Positions 16,704 through 26,659 of a DNA stretch of 64,000 bases are shown in pieces. Made by a program: the position numbers and the translations under genes. The DNA lies in the NCBI RefSeq assembly GCF_009914755.1, contig NC_060925.1. One strand, written 5' to 3'. The DNA comes from the human T2T-CHM13v2.0 reference genome, Homo sapiens. Below the pieces are notes generated by a model. It was not told the DNA's origin. It saw only the letters and a list, made by a program, of their open reading frames with translations, and ran no database searches. Within the stretch, counting starts at the first letter, position 1. Each line of letters opens with the position of its first letter.

Positions 16704-17340
16704 ACTGTCCAATAGAAATAGAATGGGAGCCACAAATGGCTCATAGATTATTATAATTTGTCCCACAAATGACACAAAGATCATTATAAATTTTCTAGTA
16801 GCCACATTTAAAGAGTAAACAGGTAAAACAAGTTTTTTTGGTTTTGATTTGGTTTGGTTTGGTTTGAGACAGACTCTCGCCCTGTAGCCCAGGCTGGATG
16901 GAGTGCAGTGGCGCAATCTCCGCTCACTGCTGCCTCCCCCTCCTGGCTCAAGCAATTCTGCCTCTGCCTCCCAAGTAGCTGGGATCACAGGTTCCCGCCA
17001 CCATGCCTAATTTTTGTATTTTTAATAGACACGTGGCTTTGCCTCAAGTGAGCCACCCGCCTTGGCCTCCCAAAGTGCTGGGATTACAGGCATGAGCCAC
17101 CATGCCCGGCCAGAAACAAATTTTAATACCAAATTTGATTTAACTCAGGATAGCCAACATGCTATCATTTCAATAATGTAGTCAGTATTAAAATTATGAA
17201 TGAGCTGTTTCTCATCCTTTTCTTACACTAAGTCTTGGGAATCCAGCATGCAGTTGGCACGTATAGCATTTCTGAATTCACACTGCCATGCCTCATGGGC
17301 TCCTGTCTGTCCAGTGGCTGCCACAGTGCAGTGCCACCTA
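16704..17340. mobile_element. hAT-Charlie DNA transposon relic (MER33/MER3-like) interrupted by an antisense Alu (~16833-17111)
   Basis: ctgtccaatagaaata...tctagtagccacattt...; Alu consensus inside. Confidence 0.7.
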
Positions 17341-17929
17341 GACTGTTCTGATGTTCACATGCCCCTTCACGCTCACCCCTACCCCTTCCCCAAAGAAAGA
17401 AGGGAAAAGAAGCTGAGTTCTACACTGCCCATAGGGGAAACCGTTCGCTCCTCAGCGAGGTCCTGCCCGGTCCCCCAACAGCCTTATGTCCCAACATTGC
17501 CTTCCTCTTCCTCTGCAGTCCCCATACAGTGACCAGCTTCCTGGGCCACTCTCTTTACTCATGCTCAGGACTCGTGCCTTTCCACCCAGCCGTATACACC
17601 TCTGGGCAGCGTGCCTGAGTCCTCAGGGTCAGAAGGAACGCCTATCCCCCTGCATCCCTGCACTCTGACTGCTGTGGCTCTTCGTGTATGGCATCCCACG
17701 CTGCAGCTCTGTCCTTCATTCGCTCCACCCTAGACAGTGTAGAAGTACTCAGCTAGGAGACGGGAAGAGGGGAGCCCCCCAAGCCCTGACCTGGGAAGGC
17801 TTGGGTCTGGCAAGGGAGCAGGCACCAGTATCTGCACCATAGGAAGGGGGTGGCCCTGGGGCCCTGCCTGGGAGTCTGCCCCCTCTGCCCGGGGGCTTTA
17901 TGGAGCAGGTAGGCTGCAGGCGACATGTA

Positions 17930-18520
17930 ATGCTGTTTCCTCGGGGAGACGCACCAGGGGGCCGCCCTGACGCTGGCTCCTGCGCGTGCCCCGCAGGCCA
18001 TCGCCAGCCACATGCACCTCAAGTGCAAGTGCCACGGGCTGTCGGGCAGCTGCGAGGTGAAGACATGCTGGTGGTCGCAACCCGACTTCCGCGCCATCGG
18101 TGACTTCCTCAAGGACAAGTACGACAGCGCCTCGGAGATGGTGGTGGAGAAGCACCGGGAGTCCCGCGGCTGGGTGGAGACCCTGCGGCCGCGCTACACC
18201 TACTTCAAGGTGCCCACGGAGCGCGACCTGGTCTACTACGAGGCCTCGCCCAACTTCTGCGAGCCCAACCCTGAGACGGGCTCCTTCGGCACGCGCGACC
18301 GCACCTGCAACGTCAGCTCGCACGGCATCGACGGCTGCGACCTGCTGTGCTGCGGCCGCGGCCACAACGCGCGAGCGGAGCGGCGCCGGGAGAAGTGCCG
18401 CTGCGTGTTCCACTGGTGCTGCTACGTCAGCTGCCAGGAGTGCACGCGCGTCTACGACGTGCACACCTGCAAGTAGGCACCGGCCGCGGCTCCCCCTGGA
18501 CGGGGCGGGCCCTGCCTGAG
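17930..18520. other. CpG island over WNT3A exon 4
   Basis: Very high GC and CpG density across the terminal coding exon. Confidence 0.8.
17997..18476 (+). CDS. WNT3A: WNT3A exon 4 coding part ([25 protein letters not shown]...VYDVHTCK*)
   Basis: ccgcag acceptor ending 17996; Wnt signature [10 protein letters not shown] containing the PORCN-acylated Ser209 (codon 18042-18044); Cys-rich C-terminus; TAG stop at 18474-18476. Confidence 0.98.
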   Translation, partial: AIASHMHLKCKCHGLSGSCEVKTCWWSQPDFRAIGDFLKDKYDSASEMVVEKHRESRGWVETLRPRYTYFKVPTERDLVYYEASPNFCEPNPETGSFGTRDRTCNVSSHGIDGCDLLCCGRGHNARAERRREKCRCVFHWCCYVSCQECTRVYDVHTCK

Positions 18521-20290
18521 GGTGGGCTTTTCCCTGGGTGGAGCAGGACTCCCACCTAAACGGGGCAGTACTCCTCCCTGGGGGCGGGACTCCTCCCTGG
18601 GGGTGGGGCTCCTACCTGGGGGCAGAACTCCTACCTGAAGGCAGGGCTCCTCCCTGGAGCCAGTGTCTCCTCTCTGGTGGCTGGGCTGCTCCTGAATGAG
18701 GCGGAGCTCCAGGATGGGGAGGGGCTCTGCGTTGGCTTCTCCCTGGGGACGGGGCTCCCCTGGACAGAGGCGGGGCTACAGATTGGGCGGGGCTTCTCTT
18801 GGGTGGGACAGGGCTTCTCCTGCGGGGGCGAGGCCCCTCCCAGTAAGGGCGTGGCTCTGGGTGGGCGGGGCACTAGGTAGGCTTCTACCTGCAGGCGGGG
18901 CTCCTCCTGAAGGAGGCGGGGCTCTAGGATGGGGCACGGCTCTGGGGTAGGCTGCTCCCTGAGGGCGGAGCGCCTCCTTAGGAGTGGGGTTTTATGGTGG
19001 ATGAGGCTTCTTCCTGGATGGGGCAGAGCTTCTCCTGACCAGGGCAAGGCCCCTTCCACGGGGGCTGTGGCTCTGGGTGGGCGTGGCCTGCATAGGCTCC
19101 TTCCTGTGGGTGGGGCTTCTCTGGGACCAGGCTCCAATGGGGCGGGGCTTCTCTCCGCGGGTGGGACTCTTCCCTGGGAACCGCCCTCCTGATTAAGGCG
19201 TGGCTTCTGCAGGAATCCCGGCTCCAGAGCAGGAAATTCAGCCCACCAGCCACCTCATCCCCAACCCCCTGTAAGGTTCCATCCACCCCTGCGTCGAGCT
19301 GGGAAGGTTCCATGAAGCGAGTCGGGTCCCCAACCCGTGCCCCTGGGATCCGAGGGCCCCTCTCCAAGCGCCTGGCTTTGGAATGCTCCAGGCGCGCCGA
19401 CGCCTGTGCCACCCCTTCCTCAGCCTGGGGTTTGACCACCCACCTGACCAGGGGCCCTACCTGGGGAAAGCCTGAAGGGCCTCCCAGCCCCCAACCCCAA
19501 GACCAAGCTTAGTCCTGGGAGAGGACAGGGACTTCGCAGAGGCAAGCGACCGAGGCCCTCCCAAAGAGGCCCGCCCTGCCCGGGCTCCCACACCGTCAGG
19601 TACTCCTGCCAGGGAACTGGCCTGCTGCGCCCCAGGCCCCGCCCGTCTCTGCTCTGCTCAGCTGCGCCCCCTTCTTTGCAGCTGCCCAGCCCCTCCTCCC
19701 TGCCCTCGGGTCTCCCCACCTGCACTCCATCCAGCTACAGGAGAGATAGAAGCCTCTCGTCCCGTCCCTCCCTTTCCTCCGCCTGTCCACAGCCCCTTAA
19801 GGGAAAGGTAGGAAGAGAGGTCCAGCCCCCCAGGCTGCCCAGAGCTGCTGGTCTCATTTGGGGGCGTTCGGGAGGTTTGGGGGGCATCAACCCCCCGACT
19901 GTGCTGCTCGCGAAGGTCCCACAGCCCTGAGATGGGCCGGCCCCCTTCCTGGCCCCTCATGGCGGGACTGGAGAAATGGTCCGCTTTCCTGGAGCCAATG
20001 GCCCGGCCCCTCCTGACTCATCCGCCTGGCCCGGGAATGAATGGGGAGGCCGCTGAACCCACCCGGCCCATATCCCTGGTTGCCTCATGGCCAGCGCCCC
20101 TCAGCCTCTGCCACTGTGAACCGGCTCCCACCCTCAAGGTGCGGGGAGAAGAAGCGGCCAGGCGGGGCGCCCCAAGAGCCCAAAAGAGGGCACACCGCCA
20201 TCCTCTGCCTCAAATTCTGCGTTTTTGGTTTTAATGTTATATCTGATGCTGCTATATCCACTGTCCAACGGAGTTAGACGAATAGATGTG
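18477..20290 (+). other. WNT3A: WNT3A 3'UTR (3' end approximate)
   Basis: Follows the stop codon; ends near the U/GU-rich tract at ~20221-20315; no canonical AATAAA seen. Confidence 0.6.
18490..19215 (+). repeat. Cryptic ~19-20 bp GC-rich minisatellite in the WNT3A 3'UTR (consensus ~GGGGGCGGGGCTCCTCCCT)
   Basis: Consecutive units such as ggggcagtactcctccct / gggggcgggactcctccct / gggggtggggctcctacct / gggggcagaactcctacct. Confidence 0.8.
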
Positions 20291-23200
20291 TTGTGTTTTT
20301 TTTCCCTTTTCTTTCTATGAAAGAAATTGTTTTAGTCATAGCTTGTGGGTTTCAAACAATGGGAAAAGTGAAAAAAGAGAAACAAGCCATCAAGGCTGTG
20401 GTCTGGGCTGGATGTTTGGTGGTGGGTCAGCACGGTGTTGAAAGAGTAGAGAAGATGCCCACTCAGGGGCTCAGGGCCTGGGTCCGGGGGCAGGGGGATG
20501 CCCCAGGGCCGTGATGGGCAGGGGACCTCCAGAGCTGGAATTCCATGGGGAAGGAATAAGGATAGCCAAGCTGAGGAAATGAGGGAACGGCCACTGGCAC
20601 CAAGGCCTGGAGCAGAGTAGAGCCTCTGACAGGGAGAGAGCAGCAGGCACCTGGAGGCCCCAGGTAGGCAGCCCTAAGGTAAGGGGGTTGGCCGAGCCCC
20701 CAACAAGTCAGTAGAGCAGCAAGACGCCCACCACCTCCCCTCCCGCAGAGCCTGTACTCACTCAGCTGATACCTTAGCACCAGCTATGGATGTGCCCCCT
20801 CTCTAGGTTTGGGGACAGTGGCCTGGTGGTATAGGATCAGCTGGATCCCAGCAGGACCTTGGGATGGGACTGGCCATCAGGAGTTCCTCTGGGATCCTCA
20901 CCTCGTGGGGCTGTGCACAGGGGTGCCCCCTGTGCGAGCCCCCATCTCCTTTCCCCAGCCAAGGAAGGCAGGGAGAGCCCCTGGAACAGGTGAGCCATCC
21001 TGCCGACAGGAGCCCTCATGAGGCCTTACTAGGGGTGCTGGGTGTGCCTCTGGAAACAGGCAGCAGGAGCCCAAGGGCTGTCTCAAGGCCATGCCTTCCC
21101 CGTCCCAGCCCCACCAAGGATCTCTGCTCCACTCTCTGCCCTCCCATGCCTGTCCAGTCCCCATGCCCATCTCTGGGCCCTGACTGGATGCTCAGCCAGA
21201 CCTTCAGGGCAGTGAATGCCAAGGGAAGAAGCTATGGAGATGGGGCAGCCAGGAGCAGCCAGTGTACCTGCCTGCAGGCCGGGCCCAACACAGCCACCAT
21301 ACTCAAGCCATGTGCACGCCGGCGGGGAGCCAGGCCTTCATAGAACAGGAATGGCTGGCCATCCCCCAGTGTGCCCCATGGTAGGAAGGGGGGTCAAGGC
21401 AGCCCCAGGAGTGGGGTGGGTGCACCAGCGTCCTAGGCATGGAGGTCATGGGAACACAATCCCCAGGCCTCAAGAGCCAGAGAAGGGCCAGCCCCAGGCA
21501 GGAGCATAACCCCTCCAGGAACAGTGTCCCCTGACCCTGCCACGCACCTGCTGTCCTGGACCCTGAGGGCACAGGCCCAGGGCATGCAGCTAAGGCTGGG
21601 CAGAGGGGCCTGAGGGACTGCTGACCTCCCTCCCCACACCCTCACCCCAAGGTGCCCTCACGGCTGCCCAGCAGGACACCCTCTCTAGGCCACACTGGGC
21701 CTGGCCACCCTCTCTGGGCACCATTTTCAAGCTAGAGCCCTTGCTCCTGACCTTTGTGACGGGTCCACTAGAAGCCTGGCCTTCCCAAACCCCCCACCTG
21801 CCCCTCACTATCCACTTCCTAGGTCCCCCTGGTCCTGTGCCTCATCCACCTCCCTAAGGCTACAGATCCAGCCCGGCCCCCACCAGAGCCCTGCTCCTCC
21901 CCACCCCAGGTCAGGTCTTTCCACCCCACTCACTGCCCAGGGCCTCCTCACAGTGCTGGCATAGTGAAGCCTCACAGCACCCACGGAGCAAGAGAGCATA
22001 CCGCCCTCTACCATACCCTGCTGGCTGCACAGGGCTTCTGCCCAGGTCTGGCTGCTGCCCAACCCCTGCCTGCAGCAGCCTTGCAGAACCTCATGAAGCA
22101 GAGGCTCCCACCCGAGGACAGTCAAGGAGGCCAGGCCCAGGAGGGGATGAGGGCTGAAGTGTGGCTGCTGGGGTGGTTGTAGGGAGGGAGTGTTTCTCCA
22201 GAGCCACCAGCCATGGGAGCACAGAGCTACCCAGGGCCTGTCAGGGCCAAGGGAGAAGGGACCCGGTCCAGGACTCTGGAGGTCAGGCACCCCTCTCCTT
22301 TGCCTCCCAAAACTGTGCCTCAGCTTCCATGCACCCCCAAGGTCTGGTGGGCACCCCAATATCACTCCCAGCCATGGCCTCATTGGCTGGGGCCGTGACA
22401 CCCATCCCAGGTGGGTCACCCACTGCTCCAGGGCAGCCCTGACCCTCCATAGGCAGGGCCACTGGAATTCCCGGGGGGCACCAAGGGCAGCTGTGCTACC
22501 GTCTACAAAGAGGGAGCCAGTGACTAAGGGCATAGGACCCCTGTGGTGCATCACCAGTGGGGGGACCCCAAGCCCGCTCAACCCGCCAGGCCTTCCTGAG
22601 CAATAGCCATAAAGGGTCAGTCCTTGGGGGAGGGCAGTGCCCCACAGGAGCCCCTGGTCAGCCCCAGCCCATGGGCACAGTGCCTCTTAGTCGGGACCCA
22701 GGTCACAGCCACCCTAATTAGCACCTACTGGGCCCCAGTGCCAGGGGCATTGCAGATGACAGACACTGACCCAGCCGGGAGGCGGCTGGGCAGGCAGAGG
22801 GCACGAGATCATGGGCATGGCTGCCAGGTTGCAGGGACCTGAGCAGTCAGCATAGGCCGGGGCAAGAGCCCACACCCAGATCCAGGCCAGGGCCAACTCG
22901 GGGCTCAAAGCTGAGGTAGGCCCCAGAGAGATCCCCAGCACCCAGGCTCTATCTCCGCTGCTGGGGCCCAGAGAGGAGATGGTGCTGGCCTGAGGACACA
23001 CAGTCTGCTGGAGACCCAGGGGGCCATCTGGGTGGAGAGCCGAAGGTCCCCTTGCAGGCCAGGTGTGAAGGACCACTGTGAAGATGGTCTCAGCTGTCCC
23101 CATCCCCACTGTGGCCCTAGCACAGACAGAGGGTGACCCCACAAGAGGTTCTGGATGTGTTTCTGAGGAATGGGGGTCGGCTGGTCTGCAGCCCCTGGGG

Positions 23201-26200
23201 CCATAGGACACACCCCAGTTTATAGGCAATGGGGGCTGGGAGGTGAAACGCTCAACTCACCCTGTGTAGGAGCAAGGCCCACTCCTGCCTGGGCCTCAGT
23301 TTCTTTTCTATGTAAAAGGCAGTGAGCCAAGGGAGGTCTTCCCTCCCACGGGCCTGCTGGCTTGGGCTGCTGCACCTGGTGCATGGCCTCCCTCACCTGC
23401 CAAGGGCAGGCATCACCCCGGGAGCCCCAGCCCCCAACCCCCCCGGAGCCTGCAGGCCTCCAAGTCAGTCTCAGAAGCCACCCCCCAGGGCGTTTATAGC
23501 CCATCCTGCCCACCCGCCCTGCAGAGGGAGGAAATGCGCCTGGTGGGCCTGTTCGCAGGTAGTTGAGACAGGACAGGAATAACCATATAAAAGGCCCGGA
23601 GGTAGTGGGGCCCCACCCCACCAGGGCTCCCCTGCCCAGCCCCCTGCACATCTCACCCTCCATGCTTTGAAGTCCTGGAGGGGTGTGGCCAGCCCCCAAC
23701 TTGGGCACTCCTCCTCTCTCTGACACTCCCCTCCTGACACCTACTTTCAGGATCCTGGGGCCTCAGTTTCCTCCCTTCAAGGAGGATCCTGGAGGCTGCC
23801 AGCCTGGCCTCCCCAGGACGCTGGGACCGCAGCAGGCAGGTGCAAGGCCAGCTCCAGGTCCCCATGCCCGACATGGGGTGGGGGTGAGGCCCTACTTACT
23901 GACTGCCCAGTGCCCGTCCCCAGTGCTGAGCCTGGGCTTGGTGTGCCCCGGGGCCCTGCCAGCCCTGGCCCTTGCCCCTGCTCCATCATGGGTCCTCTCT
24001 GGACCATGCTGGGTCGGTGGGGGCCTGAGAGGCTCATCAGTGGAGACGGCCCCTCCCCTCTCAACCGGGTTCCACACCCAGCCTAACTCCCCTAGTGTGG
24101 GCCTGGCGTCACCATCCTCCAGTGGGTGGGAGAGGAGAGGGCAGAGGGCAGGACCCCTGACCAAGCTCTGGGCCTGTCAGCTCCCAGGGGCACAGCTGCT
24201 GCCCCAGGAGTTGACACAGCCCAAAAGATGACCTTGGCTCAGGGGGTCCTCGGCCTGTCCAAGGTTGGAATGTGGTCTGTCACGGCCTCCAGGGAACTCC
24301 AGGACACAGGCTGAGCAGCCAGGAATGAATTCAGGGCTTCCCCGCAGTCCCTTGGGCTATCCTCAAGAAGGAACATTCTAGAAGCTTCTTGTTGGGGGAA
24401 GGCGAGGCCTGGGGAAAGATGCCCCTGAAGAGGAAGAGAAGCTGGGACTTGGGGGTCCCACACCCCAGTCCTTGGAGGGGGTCCTCCAAGGACCAGGGCA
24501 TTGCAGAGATGATGTCAGGCCCAGCTTGCCGTCCAGGCCTCAATACGCCTGTTTGTGTATGGGGTGGAGTGTCTGAGACGTCGTCAGACATCAGCCACTC
24601 CTAAGCCCTAGCAAGGCTGCCCTGGCCACAGGTCCCCCGATAAGGTGACCCTGTAACTTCATTCCCTGGAGCCTTCCTCCAGCCTGGCCCTCCCCGATGT
24701 TTCAGCCGGATGGATACCTCCGCCCTTTCCCCTGCAGATAGCCTCTCACCAGGAATTACAATCAGGGCCATGCACTCAGAGCCTGGCATCATCAGAGTGG
24801 GGGACCCAGGTCCCCGAGCCCAGGGCGGGGCTTGGTGGGTGGACTGTCCATCCTGCACTGAAGCCTGGAGTGACAAGCCATGAGAGAAAGTCCACGGGGA
24901 GAACCAGAGGGGGACTCCTGGGATGCGGAGCCAGCCTCTGCCCTCTGCCAGGCTCTGTCCTGAGACCCTGCCCTTCCATCTGTAGGCCCTGCCATTCCTG
25001 GGCTACTGGCAGAGAGGGTAGAAGACGTTGGAGCACCCTGGGCTGCGGGCCCAGGTAAAACAAGTACAGACCCTGAGCCTGGACTGAGCTGAGGATGTGC
25101 CCCATCCTGGAATATAAGAAGACACGGCCCTGCCCTGGGCTCTGGGAGACACAGCCTCAACCTGGGTCCTGGGGGAAGCAGTCCCACCCTGGGGTCCAGC
25201 TGTCGACCTGGGATGAGCCCTAGTTCCCTCTGCCCTACAGTGGCACCACCGCCCCCCACAGGCCCCACCCCCTCCCCTGGACAGCTCAGCCCTCTTTCCC
25301 AGTCTCCTCCCCTCATGGATCCCCCTTTCTGCCTCTGAACCCCTAGGGATGGATGCCTCAGGACAGGGCACTCAGGTCCCTGTCGGAGTCTTGCTTGGAT
25401 CTGGAGCCCTGGATCCCAGGGGCATGACCTCCTGGAGCAACTTCCAAGGTCTGGGGGACTAGGTCAGTGTTCCTCCCTGCAGAACTGGACTGCTGTCAGT
25501 GGCTGCCTTCGGGATCATCTGGGAGGGCTTCCAGGAGGAGGTGAGCATGGGGACACTTCCTAGGGCTCCAACATCCTCCTGTAATTCTGAGATTGCATCC
25601 CTGCAGACGCCAGGAAAAAAGTGGGTTCCCATGGCAGCCGGGGAGCCCTCAGAAGGGGCCCCACTGAAGCCTGGGAGCCACCACCCGCCTGCCTGGCCAG
25701 GATGGGAGCTCAGCAGAAGGTGCTAATTGCTGTTTAGCTCCAAGCTGACTCCTTGCTCTCTTTTTGTCTCTCTCTCTCTCTCTCTTTTTTTTTTTTACTT
25801 GAGCCTCTAGAGCACACAGTAAACAGTCATTTGGCTCTTGGGGCCCTGCAAATTGGTGTTTATGGTGCGAAGATGAGGAGGATTTGTCCACCCAAACACA
25901 GGCTGGCTGGGAGGGAGGAAGCAGGGGTGGGACATCCCATCCAGGCCCAGCTCGGGGAAGCCTCCTTCAGACTGAGGAGCTGTGGTCTCACAAGCAGGGG
26001 ACTGTGATTAACCCAGGAGAGCTTCTAGGAAGAGGTGAGGCATCCGCGGCAAAAAGACCTCCTCCAGGGGAAGCTGCAAAGGCTCCACCATACCCTCAGG
26101 TGCCCATGGGGAGCCCTGCCCTCCAGACCCAGCTGGGATCAGAGCTTCTTGGCTGGGTCACAGCCTGGGTCTCCTTCCAACAGCACACCTCACCTGCCCA

Positions 26201-26659
26201 CCCAGCAGCCAGCTGCAGAATTACAAACTGGAATGCCAAGGCCCGGTCTCCTGGCAGGAGCAGGAAACACAGAAGTCCAGGCGCAGGCATATGGGCTGGA
26301 TGTGTGGCTGGGAAAAGTGGATTTCCCCAGGTATCTCCCCCTCGTTCACGAACCTGAGGTGGGCAGACTATGCCCCAGAGCCAGTGCCCGGGCTCCTGTC
26401 TTCTTCTGCTGCCCAAACTCACCCCACCATGGCAGAAGGCCAAGAGGCCAGACTGGCATTGCCCTCTCCCCACTCCATCCAAGGTCTGGCATGAGGCACC
26501 GGCCCTGCAGTGCCACTCCTCAATGGAGCAGGCAGCCTGCAGCACCAACACCAAAGGCTGGGGAGGACATGGGATGCTGGACATGGGAACCATCAGGAGT
26601 GTGCAGGAGGGGCAGTGTTGGCGGGTAGTGTAGACCAGAATGTACAGGGCATGTAGAAG

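Noticed and set aside
17898-18519. 188-aa antisense ORF and 139-aa alternative-frame ORF over WNT3A exon 4
   Set aside because: Expected shadows of a GC3-rich coding exon; no independent signals
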